Part shown: positions 1 to 9,680 of the stretch, one piece after another
Layout: each line of letters begins with the position of its first letter
Position numbering within the stretch: position 1 is the first letter of the stretch
Source: an uncultured delta proteobacterium
GTDB taxonomy: Bacteria; Desulfobacterota; Desulfuromonadia; Desulfuromonadales; JACZKF01
Assembly: GCA_963816395.1 (NCBI GenBank)
Contig: CAWFKQ010000010.1
Coordinates: 96,001 to 160,000, forward strand
Direction of reading: 5' to 3'
Length of the DNA: 64,000 nucleotides
Notes under the pieces: model-generated
Told to the model about the DNA's origin: nothing
Seen by the model: the letters and a program-made list of their open reading frames with translations, nothing else
Databases searched by the model: none
Program-made: the position numbers and the translations under genes

Positions 1-792
1 GGTGCAGGGGGTGGACGTGTGGCTCAACACGCCGCGCCGCCCCTGGGAGGCCTGCGGCACCAGCGGCATGAAGGTGCTGGTCAACGGCGGGCTGAACCTC
101 TCCGACGCTCGACGGCTGGTGGGCCGAGGCCTACACCGCGGAGGTCGGCTGGGCGCTGGGGGACGGCCGGGAGCACGGAGCGGAAAGGGACGCGGCGGAG
201 GCGGACGAACTCTATCGGCTGCTGGAAAAAGAGGTCGTGCCGCTGTTCTACAGCCGCGACGCCGCCGGCATTCCGCGGGGCTGGGTCGCCCGCATGCGGG
301 CCAGCATGGCGCAGCTCGCGGCCCCGGTTCAGCGCCAACCGCATGGTGCGGGACTACGTGGAAAAGCTCTACCTCCCGGCGGCGCAGGCCTTCCGCGAGC
401 GGACGGCCGAAGGGGAGGGACTGGCCCGGCAGCTGCGGCAATGGGAAGTGCTGGTCCGGCGGCAATGGCATTTCATGCATTGGGGCAAGAAGGAGTTCCG
501 AGCCGAGGGAAATGACCTGGTGGTCATGGTGCAGCTTTATCTGGGCGAACTGCCGCCGGAGCTGGTGCAGGTGCAGCTCTATGCGGAACCGGTGGGAGAT
601 GGGGAGGCGGTGCGAATGCCCATGGAACGCGGCGCCGCCATTGCCGGGGCCCTCAACGGCTTTCTGTACGGCTGCCGGGTGGCCGGGGATCGTCCTCCCC
701 GTGATTACACGCCGCGGGTCATTCCCTATCATCCCAAAGCCCGGGTCCCGGCGGAGCTGAACCTCATCAGCTGGTGGCCGGGGGCGTCCTGA
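1..792 (+). CDS. glgP: Alpha-glucan (glycogen) phosphorylase, C-terminal part (5' truncated by window; 2 apparent indels)
   Basis: [26 protein letters not shown]-lysine motif, then LDGWWAEAY and [10 protein letters not shown] across shifted frames (indels ~104, ~321). Confidence 0.9.
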   Translation, partial: GAGGGRVAQHAAPPLGGLRHQRHEGAGQRRAEPLRRSTAGGPRPTPRRSAGRWGTAGSTERKGTRRRRTNSIGCWKKRSCRCSTAATPPAFRGAGSPACGPAWRSSRPRFSANRMVRDYVEKLYLPAAQAFRERTAEGEGLARQLRQWEVLVRRQWHFMHWGKKEFRAEGNDLVVMVQLYLGELPPELVQVQLYAEPVGDGEAVRMPMERGAAIAGALNGFLYGCRVAGDRPPRDYTPRVIPYHPKARVPAELNLISWWPGAS

Positions 793-848
793 GGGTCATT
801 TTCGCAGCGGGACAGGGGGAGGCCGTCCGGACGGGCTAAATTTCTACG

Positions 849-1852
849 ATGGGGTGTCGCGTGGGCACGTCAGAACCGAAGCGAAAATGGCTGGGCAGCG
901 GCTGGATCGGTGGTCTGATCCTGCTGCTGGGAGTGATCGCTCTGATTGCGGGGCGCGCCGAGGAGCGGCAGTTCGTCGAGATCTTTTACCGCTCGGCTCC
1001 CCGATGGCTTCTCGTGGCCGCGATTCTGCAGGCGCTGACCTACGTCTGCACGGCGGCGGGATGGCAGCTTACTCCTCCGTTTCGGGCAGTATCGTCCTTG
1101 CGGGGACTGATCCGCTGGGACTGGCCAAACTCTTCACCGACCAGGCCGTTCCGGCGGCGGGACTGAGCGGCAACCTGCTTCTGGTGCATGCGTTCAGCCG
1201 CCGGCAGATTCCCCGGGAGGCGGCTATGGGGACGATCCTGGTCGGGATGGTCGCCTATTTCGGTGCCTTTGTCCTTTGCGTTGTCGCGGTCTTGCTGATC
1301 CTCTGGCTCTGGGGGGATTTGAATCGACTGCTCCTTGCCTGGCCACCGCCTTTTCCCTGATGGCGGTGATGGTGCCCGTGGGGGTTTTCTGGCTCGGCCG
1401 GCACCCCGGTTCCCGCCGTGGTTGCGCAAGTTTCCGCTGGCCCAGGAAATGCTGGCCGCCATGGAGGCGACGCCGTCGCGGGTTCTGGGCGACCTGGTTC
1501 TCATCGTCCGGGTGGTGGCCTGGGAAGCAGCGGTTTTCGCGCTCGATGCGTTCACCCTTTTCGTGATGTTGCGGGCGGTGGGCAGTCCCACCGGCTTCGC
1601 CCCCGCCTTCGCCTGCTTCCTCATCGCCTCCGTCTTCGCCACCCTCATGGTGGTGCCGGGCGGCCTGGGGACCTTCGAGGGTGCATCGGTCGCCATGCTC
1701 CACCTCTTCGGCGTCCCCCTCGCCGCGGCGCTGGCCGCCACCTGCTGCTGCGCGGTTTCACCTTCTGGCTGCCGATGCTGCCGGGGCTATGGCTCGCCCG
1801 CCGGGAAATGGCCCCGAGTGAAGACCGACCGGACAGGGAGGCGAAGCGGTGA
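849..1852 (+). CDS. Lysylphosphatidylglycerol-synthase TM / flippase-like membrane protein (about 4 apparent single-C deletions)
   Basis: Joined frames give a multi-TM protein with LAKLFTDQAVPAAGLSG, VVPGGLGTFEG and LLLRGFTFWLP motifs typical of the family. Confidence 0.7.
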
Positions 1853-2335
1853 ATGGAAACAACGGCTGGCCGCCTGGTGGAGCCTGCCTGCCGAGGAACT
1901 GATCCGGCTGCTGCAGACCACCCCCTTGGGGCTTTCGGCGGCGGAGGCGGCGGCCCGCCGGCAGTGAGTCCCGGGCCGCACCGATTCCAGCGAGCGCCTC
2001 CGCAGGGACCTGCGCCTTTTCCTCTCCCAGTTCAAAAGCCCCATCATCCTGATTCTGCTTTTTGCCGCCGGCCTCTCCCTGTTCCTCCGCGACACCACCG
2101 ATGCCCTGATCATCTTCGCCATCGTCGGGATCAGCGGCCTCCTCGGTTTCTGGCAGGAGCGGGGCGCTTCGGATGCGGTGGCCAGACTGCTGGCCCTGGT
2201 CCAGGTCCACGCCACGGTGGTGCGCGATGGCCGGGAGCAGGAGATCCCCATGCAGGAGGTGGTCCCGGGCGACCTCGTCCTGTTGAGCGCCGGGGACCGG
2301 ATTCCGGGAGACTGCCGGATTACCGAGAGCATTGT
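1853..2335 (+). pseudogene. N-terminal fragment of a cation-transporting (MgtA-like) P-type ATPase
   Basis: WWSLPAEELIRLLQTTPLGLSAAEAAARR, FLSQFKSPIILILLFAA, FWQERGA, VVRDGREQEIPMQEVVPGDLVLLSAGDRIPGDCRI; in-frame TGA at 1965-1967; homology ends before the TGES and DKTGT motifs. Confidence 0.8.
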
Positions 2336-2469
2336 GTCTCCCCCGACCAGTTCACCAGCCTGGTGCGCCGGGACCGGGTTCGGGGTGGCGGAGATCGGCT
2401 TGGTTTCCTGCCCGGACCGGATATGCTTGGTTCATGCGAGGATTGGCAAACTCCGGGAAGGAGCGAGCG

Positions 2470-2841
2470 ATGACTTCCGGAAGGTTCAAATTCCTGCAAT
2501 CCCTGCTGCAAGGTGCGGGGATGGATGCCCATCGGGTGTTCTGGCGCCCCCCGGCCGATATTTACCGCACCCATCAGGGATGGCTCATCAAGCTCGAACT
2601 GGCCGGCGTCAGCCCTGGAGATCTGGAAGTGACCGTGGCCGGCAGACGCCTGCAGGTCGCCGGCAGGCGGCGGGACTGGTGCATCCGGGAGGGGCAGCGC
2701 TCCTACCAGATGGAAATCGCCTATAACCGGTTCGAGCGTGAGTTCGAGCTGCCGTTTGATCTCAAGGTGGCGGAACTCGAAACGGAATACGTGGATGGTA
2801 TGTTGCTCATCACCCTCAAAGCGGAGACCGGCGAGCCATGA
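2470..2841 (+). CDS. Hsp20/alpha-crystallin family protein
   Basis: WRPPADIY..LELAGV..RFEREFELP..YVDGMLLITL; GGAG RBS before ATG 2470; stop overlaps the lon start (ATGA). Confidence 0.85.
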   Translation: MTSGRFKFLQSLLQGAGMDAHRVFWRPPADIYRTHQGWLIKLELAGVSPGDLEVTVAGRRLQVAGRRRDWCIREGQRSYQMEIAYNRFEREFELPFDLKVAELETEYVDGMLLITLKAETGEP

Positions 2842-5191
2842 GAGACTCAGAGCTGATCACCGTTCCGGCGCTGCCGATCAAGAACGCCGTCCTCTTCCCT
2901 AATCTCGCCATGCCGCTGGCGATTGGCCGCCCCATGTCTGTCAAGGCCGTCGAAGCCGCCCTGGCCAGCGAGGACAAGCTCCTCGCCGTGTTCACCCTGA
3001 CCGACCCCGAGAAAGAAAATCCACGAGCCGTGATCTCTATCCGATCGGCACCCTGGCGGTGATCAAGAAGATGGTCACCATCGAGCACATCCTGAACATT
3101 GTGGTGCAGGGGGTCCGGCGCATGGAGATGGTCGGCGCAACCATGCAGCAGCCCTATATCCATCTTCGCCTCCGCCCCCTTCCTCCGCTGGCCAAGGACG
3201 GCCCGGCGACTGAGGCCGTGCATCGGGCGGTGCTCGATCTGGCGGGCAGAATGGTGGGACTGGTCCAGCCGCAGATGCAGATGAGCCTCAATTTCATCAT
3301 CTCCGAGGTGGACAAACCGGCGGAGCAGATCTACATGCTGGCCACCCTCCTTTCCCTCGACATGGAGAAGGATATCGCGTTACTTTCCGCTTCCAGCGAA
3401 CGGGAGCTGTTCGAGTTGATGCACCGGTACCTCAGCTACGAGGTTCAGGTACTCGAACTGCGCCAACGCATTTCCAGTCAGGTGGAATCGGAGCTGACCC
3501 GGACGCAGCGCGAGTACCTGCTGCGCCAGCAGCTGCACGCCATCCAGGAGGAACTGGGGGAGCAGAAGCCGGAGCAGGCCGAGGTGGCGGAGCTGAGAAA
3601 GCGGCTCGAGGAGGCCGATCTCCCCCCGAAGGTCCGCCAGGAGGTGGATAAGGAGCTGCGGCGACTGGAGCGCATGTCCGCGGCCGCACCCGACTATCAG
3701 GTGACCCGCACCTACATCGAGCTGTTGGCGGATCTCCCCTGGAAAAAAACAACGGATGACATTCTCGACCTCAACAGCGCCCAGCAGGTGCTCGATGAAG
3801 ATCATTACGATCTGAAGGATGTGAAGCAGCGCATCATTGAGCATCTGGCGGTGATGAAGCTCAATCCTGGCGCCAAGGGGCCGATCCTCTGTTTCGTCGG
3901 GCCGCCGGGCGTCGGCAAAACCTCCGTTGGCCAGTCGATCGGCCGCGCCATGGGGCGCAAGTTCGAACGCATGAGCCTGGGCGGCCTGCACGACGAAGCG
4001 GAGCTGCGCGGCCACCGCCGCACCTACATCGGCGCCATGCCGGGGCGCATCATCCAGGCGATCCGCCGCGCCGGCGTGAAAAATCCCCTGCTCATGCTCG
4101 ACGAGGTGGACAAACTGGGCGGGAGGGCTTTCACGGCGACCCCGCCGCGGCCCTGATGGAGGTTCTCGACCCGGCGCAGAACTTTGATTTTCATGACAAT
4201 TATCTGGATCTCCCTTTCGACCTTTCCCAGGTCTTCTTCATCACCACCGCCAACACTGCCGACACGCATTCCCAGGCCCCTCCTCGACCGCATGGAAGTG
4301 CTGCGCCTTCCTGGCTACAGCGACGAGGAAAAGCGCGCCATCGCCCGCCGCTACCTGCTCCCCCGGCAGATCGCCCAGGTGGGGCTGAGCCCCGATCAGC
4401 TGGTGCTGCCGGAGGAGACGCTGGCCTATATCATTCGCCGCTACACCCGGGAGGCCGGGGTGCGCGAGCTGGAGAGGGTCCTCGGACGGATCGCCCGCAA
4501 GCTGGCCACCCAGGTGGCCAAAGGCGAGCGGGCCGAGGCGATTGTGACCAGGGAGCGTCTGCCGGAGCTGATCGGCACCGAGCAGTTCTATTCCGAGCCC
4601 GCCCGCGCCGAGCTGCCCCCTGGCGTAGCGGCCGGGCTGGCTTGGACCGAGGCGGGGGGCGACGTACTCTACGTGGAAGCGGCCCTTCTTCCCGAGGGGA
4701 AGGATCTCATCCTGACCGGCCAGCTCGGCAGCGTCATGCAGGAGTCGGCCAAGGCCGCGCAGAGCTATCTCTGGTCCCGCGCGGAGGAGTTGGGGATCGA
4801 GAAGGAGGTGATCCGCAAATCGGGGGTGCACATTCACGTGCCGGCCGGTGCCGTCCCCAAGGACGGGCCTTCGGCCGGTGTCGCCATGATCACCGCTCTG
4901 GCATCCATTTATGCGGCCGCTGCCGCCCGCAGCGACACCGCCATGACCGGAGAGATCACCTTGAGCGGTCTGGTGATGCCAGTGGGAGCGATCAAGGAGA
5001 AGGTCCTCGCCGCCCACCGCGCCGGAATTCACCGTGTCATCCTGCCGCGGGAAAACGAGAAGGATCTGGGCGAGCTGCCCGAGCACGTGCGCCAGGAGAT
5101 AGAGTTCGTTTTCGCCGAACGGATCAGGGAGGTTCTGAGCGCCGCCATACCTGGTCTGGGAGAACGCCTCGGCAGGCGGGCGGCGCTGTAG
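2838..5191 (+). CDS. lon: ATP-dependent Lon protease (3 apparent indels ~3021, ~4125, ~4267)
   Basis: Lon N-domain ([10 protein letters not shown]), Walker [31 protein letters not shown], catalytic PKDGPSAG and MTGEITLSG. Confidence 0.95.
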
Positions 5192-5233
5192 CCAGACTCC
5201 CCTCGAATGGCGTCGGCGACCCTTTTCTGCACT

Positions 5234-5262
5234 TTGACAATGCCTAAATAATCGATTAATCT
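5234..5262 (+). promoter_or_regulatory. Putative sigma70 promoter of the PRC-barrel gene
   Basis: TTGACA-17 nt-TAATCT in an AT-rich patch upstream of a GGAGG RBS. Confidence 0.5.
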
Positions 5263-5300
5263 GAATTATAATGAAGGATAATGGGAGGAGGAGGTCAATC

Positions 5301-5690
5301 ATGGGAACGGCTAAAAGAGGAATGGATCCGGAGCCCGTGCTCAGGTCCGCGAGCAACCTGATGGGAGATGCCGTCGTCAATATCGACGGCGAGAAGCTTG
5401 GCATTGTGGAAGATATCATGATGGATCTGGGCAGCGGTCAGGTGCATTTCGCGATCATGGCCCGGGAAGACGACCGGCTGGTGGCTGTCCCCTGGGACAC
5501 CCTGGCGCTGGATCCCCGAGACAAGCGCCTGGTCATGGACATCGACAAGGCGAAATTTGACAGGGCTCCCAGCTTCGACCGTAACACCCGCCCGGAAATG
5601 GGGCGGGAATGGGAAGTGAAAGTGGAAGGGTTTTTCGGTCGGAAACCCTTCTGGGACATGGTCGAGGAGCGTTGGATCGGCGGCCCCTGA
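5301..5690 (+). CDS. PRC-barrel domain protein
   Basis: ASNLMGDAVVNIDGEKLGIVEDIMMDLGSGQV..LVAVPWDTL; GGAGG RBS. Confidence 0.85.
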   Translation: MGTAKRGMDPEPVLRSASNLMGDAVVNIDGEKLGIVEDIMMDLGSGQVHFAIMAREDDRLVAVPWDTLALDPRDKRLVMDIDKAKFDRAPSFDRNTRPEMGREWEVKVEGFFGRKPFWDMVEERWIGGP

Positions 5691-5844
5691 AGGCCGTCGA
5701 CAGCCCCGCTACCTGCTCGCAGATCGCTTGGCCGCCCTGAATGCAACGCTGTAGATCCTGGCGAGTTTGGCTGACCTGGCCGGAGAATGCCTCGGTTCCG
5801 GTGGCCCTGTTTACCGGGAGGCCAGGGCACTTGGCCACGAATTG

Positions 5845-5873
5845 AAAGGGGATCGCAACGTGCGGTCCCCTTT
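5845..5873. terminator. Hairpin between convergent genes, probable bidirectional terminator
   Basis: AAAGGGGATCGCA-acg-TGCGGTCCCCTTT inverted repeat. Confidence 0.55.
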
Positions 5874-5919
5874 ACCGGTCACGGCCGGATTGCTCCGACT
5901 GTGCGGGGCGGCGGGACAG

Positions 5920-6387
5920 CTAATGGGCCTTCTTTCCTTCCTTTTCCGCTCCCTCAATCTCAATCTTCCGGCCGACGATCGCCTTCTTCTCCATCGGCAG
6001 AGTGATCTTCAATACCCCATTGTCATAGGAAGCGTGGACATTTTCCGTGTTCACTCCTTCCGGCAGGGTCACTCGGCGGAGGAACGTGCCGAACTCCGAT
6101 TCCTTGATGAGATATTCGTCCTCCTTCGTTTCCCGGCTCATCCTGCGCTCGCCACGAATCATCAGCTGGTTCCCCTCCACCGTGACATCCAGGTCTTTCT
6201 TCTCCACGCCGGGGATTTCGGCTTCGATGCAATAGCGGTCTCCCTTGGCATAGGCATTCACCACCGGGCTGAATACCCCCTTTTCCGCTTCGCCCCGCGT
6301 CAGCCCAAAGGTCCGACGGAAGAGGTCGTCCATCTCACGACGAAATGTGCTCATCTCTCTGAACGGATCCCAACGAACCGGCAACAT
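5920..6387 (-). CDS. Hsp20/alpha-crystallin small heat-shock protein (canonical)
   Basis: WDPFREM N-terminus, AEIPGV, FGTFLRRVTLP, YDNGVLKITLP, C-terminal IEI motif; AAGGAGG RBS. Confidence 0.92.
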   Translation of the reverse strand: MLPVRWDPFREMSTFRREMDDLFRRTFGLTRGEAEKGVFSPVVNAYAKGDRYCIEAEIPGVEKKDLDVTVEGNQLMIRGERRMSRETKEDEYLIKESEFGTFLRRVTLPEGVNTENVHASYDNGVLKITLPMEKKAIVGRKIEIEGAEKEGKKAH

Positions 6388-6581
6388 TTGCCTCACCTCC
6401 TTCTTTGATTTGCCGCCCTTAATATTTTCTCACGAAACACCCTGATGTCAACAGGATAGAAGAGTTCATCCATCTGCCCAGCCTGGCTTGCTCCGAACTG
6501 CCACCATCGCTGGTTTTTAAAGGTCCATCGGGTATCCTTCAGGGGAAATCTGACCGGGTTACTGAGCGGAAAGGGGGCGTT

Positions 6582-7031
6582 ATGCGGGTCGGCGAAATCT
6601 GTTCACGCGAGGTCATCGTCATCGGCAAGGAGGAGACGATTCTGGAGGCAGCCCGCCTCATGCGGGAGAACCATGTCGGCGATGTCGTGGTAGTGGAGGA
6701 GCGGGAGGGTGAGAGATTTCCCGTGGGGATACTGACCGACCGGGACATTGTGGTGGAGCTGGTGGCCGCCGGAATCGCTCTGGATGCGGTGTCCATCGGC
6801 GATGTGATGAGTTTCGAACTGCTGACCGCCCGGGAAGAAGACGGGTTGCTCGACACTATCCGCCAGATGCAGGCAAAAGGGGTTCGCCGGTTGCCCGTGG
6901 TCGATGTGCGCGGCGCCCTGGCGGGGATTCTGACGGTGGACGATATTCTCGAGTTGGTCTCGGAACAGCTCTCCCGCCTGATCAAGATTATTACCCGGGA
7001 GCAGGAGAGTGAGCGGGAGAAGCGTCACTAA
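6582..7031 (+). CDS. Tandem CBS-domain protein
   Basis: EAARLMRENHVGDVVVV..VGILTDRDIV..GVRRLPVVD..GILTVDDIL. Confidence 0.9.
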   Translation: MRVGEICSREVIVIGKEETILEAARLMRENHVGDVVVVEEREGERFPVGILTDRDIVVELVAAGIALDAVSIGDVMSFELLTAREEDGLLDTIRQMQAKGVRRLPVVDVRGALAGILTVDDILELVSEQLSRLIKIITREQESEREKRH

Positions 7032-7064
7032 CTTCATGTTTTTCTCCGGGGACTGGGAATAAGG

Positions 7065-8368
7065 ATGCGGAGGAGCTGGATTCGCGGGCGGCTAAGGGCA
7101 CTCGGATGGGTGTTCTCGTCTCGCCCTGCTTTTGGCCGCGGTGTTATCGCTGCCGAGGCCGGTTGCCTCCCAGCCCGCGGTACCCATTGTCCTTTTCACC
7201 GCCGCCAACTGCCCCCATTGCGCCGAAGGCGGGGCGTTTCTGCGGACGCTGGCGAATCGTCACTCGAGGGTGCAGATCCGCGAGTACGAAATCTGGGGGC
7301 ACCCGGAGAATGTTCAACTGCTCCTGAACCTCTGTCGGACCTTCGGCCGCGAGACCTTCAGCACCCCCGCCATTTTCATCGACGACCAGGTGTGGTTCGG
7401 CTTTTCCGACGACATCGCCCGCGAGGTCGAGGCGGCCGTCGGGCGGTGCGCCGTCGCCGGCTGCCGGGACCCCCTGGCGCGACTGGCGGCGCCGGCGGCG
7501 CCACCGGGTGAGCCGCCGGCCGGGCCGAAAGCGGTGATTACCCTGCCGATCATCGGTCCCCTGGTAGCAGAAGACTTCTCCCTGCCGCTCCTGACGCTCG
7601 TTTTCGGACTGCTCGACAGCTTCAATCCATGCGCTTTTTTTGTCCTGCTCTTCCTCCTTGGACTGCTTCTGCACGCCCATTCGCGCCGGCGGATGCTCCT
7701 CGTCGGGGGAACCTTCGTCTTTTTCTCCGGCGCCATCTACTTCCTGTTCATGGCGGCCTGGCTGAATCTTTTTCTTCTGGTCGGGGAAATGCCGCTCATC
7801 ACCGCTCTCGCCGGTCTGACGGCTCTATTGGCCGGAGGAGTGAACGTCAAGGATTTCTTCTTCTTCCGCCGGGGGATCTCCCTCTCCATTCCCGAGAGCA
7901 GCAAGCCGCACCTCTTCGACCGCATGCGCCGCCTGGTGCGGGCGACCCGGCTCTCAACGGTGCTGGCGGGGACGGTGGTGCTGGCGGTGGCCGCCAACAG
8001 CTACGAGATCCTCTGTACGGCCGGTTTTCCCATGGTGTACACCCGCGTCCTGACCCTCCACCATCTGCCGAGCTGGCAATTTTACTCCTTTCTGGTCTTC
8101 TACAATCTCGTTTACGTTCTCCCCCTGCTCGCTATCGTCCTTCTCTTCACTTTCACCCTGGCGAGGTCACAAGCTCAGCGAACGGCAGGGGCGGGTGCTG
8201 AAGCTCGTCTCCGGGATGATGATGCTGCTTCTCGGGGGAGCCCTTTTGGTGCGCCCCGGTGTGCTGAACAACCCCGTCGCCGCCGTGCTGCTGCTGGCGG
8301 CCGCCCTTCTGGGCTCGGCTCTCTTGCTGCTCGTGGAGCGGGCCTGGGAGCGGCGCCCCTCACGCTGA
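7065..8368 (+). CDS. Exported thioredoxin/glutaredoxin-like domain fused to a CcdA/DsbD-like transmembrane domain (indels ~7119, ~8167)
   Basis: Signal-like N-terminus, CPHC motif, TM region with DSFNPCAF and YEILCTAGFP cysteines; the shifted frame ends at TGA 8366-8368. Confidence 0.75.
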
Positions 8369-8489
8369 GGCCGTCGCTCTGGGGCGTGCAGCCCCCTGGA
8401 AGGGGCGGCGGGACATGGAATAGATATTGATTTCCAACCCGAGGTGTATAGCACCTGCAGGGGGCGGCATGGAAGGCAGGGGAGAGAAC

Positions 8490-8523
8490 AAAAAACGCCT
8501 ATCTGACATGCAGATAAGGCGTT
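8490..8523 (-). terminator. Rho-independent terminator downstream of selC
   Basis: Minus strand AACGCCTTATCTG-catgt-CAGATAGGCGTT followed by a T run. Confidence 0.7.
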
Positions 8524-8534
8524 CTCAGTGATTC

Positions 8535-8630
8535 TGGCGGGAGTAGATGGGAATCGAACCCACCGCGGACGGGATACGCCCGCCACCGGTTTTGAAGACC
8601 GGGAGCGTCACCAGACTACTAACTACTCCC
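8535..8630 (-). tRNA. selC: tRNA-Sec (anticodon UCA)
   Basis: 8-bp acceptor stem GGGAGTAG/CTACTCCC, anticodon arm CCGGT-CTTCAAA-ACCGG, long variable arm, GGTTCGATTCC T-arm, GCCA end; 96 nt. Confidence 0.95.
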
Positions 8631-8650
8631 CCAAGCGCCAAGGCTGGGAA

Positions 8651-8679
8651 AACATAGCACGTTCAGCTCCGGGTCGCAA
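8651..8679 (-). promoter_or_regulatory. Putative sigma70 promoter of selC
   Basis: TTGCGA-17 nt-TATGTT, 20 nt upstream of the tRNA 5' end. Confidence 0.55.
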
Positions 8680-8708
8680 GGCTCCGGCCGCTTTTCAGGG
8701 CCGTTCGG

Positions 8709-8873
8709 TCAGGCGGCCGGAAGCTCTCTTTCGTCCTGTTCGATGATGATGCCTGCGAAGGTGACGTTCGCCTTATAAGGGCGGGCGGGGTCGATCCCCA
8801 TGGTGCGCAGCAGTCGGCCTACTTCACGGGGATTGCGGCCGGAAATCTGGTCGAGGGAAAGATTGATTCGCAT
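8709..8873 (-). CDS. Small hypothetical protein, 54 aa (below the ORF-track cutoff)
   Basis: MRINLSLDQISGRNPREVGRLLRTMGIDPARPYKANVTFAGIIIEQDERELPAA*; strong AAGGAGG RBS; own promoter. Confidence 0.75.
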   Translation of the reverse strand: MRINLSLDQISGRNPREVGRLLRTMGIDPARPYKANVTFAGIIIEQDERELPAA

Positions 8874-8905
8874 GTGAGACCCTCCTTTTTCATTTATATG
8901 GAAAC

Positions 8906-8934
8906 AGTATAATACAATGTTCTATTATTTTCAA
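8906..8934 (-). promoter_or_regulatory. Near-consensus sigma70 promoter of the small ORF
   Basis: TTGAAA-17 nt-TATACT within a very AT-rich ~120-nt stretch. Confidence 0.7.
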
Positions 8935-9031
8935 TAAATTTTAAATAGGTATGATAAGTAGTAAGAAATTAAAGCGGAATCGTTGTTATAAATAAGCTCT
9001 TTCGGGGGGCGGTCTGTGGGTTTTTCGGGCC

Positions 9032-9616
9032 TCAGGGGCGGAGGGTGCGGTCAGCCTGGCGCAGTGTCTCAGCGATCTCCAGCATGTTGGTCACGCGTCC
9101 GACGGCCAGGTCTTCCTTGAGGTGATAATAGTCGAGGCAAAGGCCGCAGGAAGCGATGTCGGCCCCCAGGCAGGCGAGTTTGTCCATGGCTTCCAGCACC
9201 TCGGAGCCACGGGCGGTCAGCTTCACCCCGGCATTGACGAAGAGCAGGGTGTCAGGGACGGGGTCGAGTTCGAGGAGAGTGAAAAGAAAGTTCTTCATCA
9301 GCAGGCGACCCAGTTCGTCGCTGCCGCTGCCCATGGCGTCGGAGGCGACGAAAACCACCGTTTTCTCCTGGGCCGGCGCCGTCGCTGCCCCTGCAACAGC
9401 TTCTCCTCCCGGGGTCAGTTCCAGGGTGAAGCCGCCTTCGGCCGGGTCCGTTTTCACCTGGTAGCCCCGGCTCTTCGCCAAACGGGTCACATTTTCGCGG
9501 GACGTCTCGTCACCGACCAGGACGGCCAGGGGAATGCCCGGCTCGGCAATGAGCAGTTTGCGGGTTTCCACCACCGGGTGGGGACATTTATAGGCTCGGC
9601 AATCCAGGGTCTTCAT
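9032..9616 (-). CDS. yedF: Sulfurtransferase-like selenium metabolism protein YedF (TusA-like + DsrE-like domains)
   Basis: LDCRAYKCPHPVV TusA-type motif; MGSGSDELGRLLMKNF, FVNAGVKL, SCGLCLDYY, VGRVTNM. Confidence 0.85.
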   Translation of the reverse strand: MKTLDCRAYKCPHPVVETRKLLIAEPGIPLAVLVGDETSRENVTRLAKSRGYQVKTDPAEGGFTLELTPGGEAVAGAATAPAQEKTVVFVASDAMGSGSDELGRLLMKNFLFTLLELDPVPDTLLFVNAGVKLTARGSEVLEAMDKLACLGADIASCGLCLDYYHLKEDLAVGRVTNMLEIAETLRQADRTLRP

Positions 9617-9680
9617 CGAAATACGCCCTTTCTTTTTCTGGCGGAAAAACAGGGAGCTAGTCCAGTTAAAGTATAACAAC

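Noticed and set aside
1965..2010. In-frame TGA as selenocysteine, given selC nearby
   Set aside because: Not a Cys or catalytic position, no convincing SECIS hairpin, and the gene is truncated anyway
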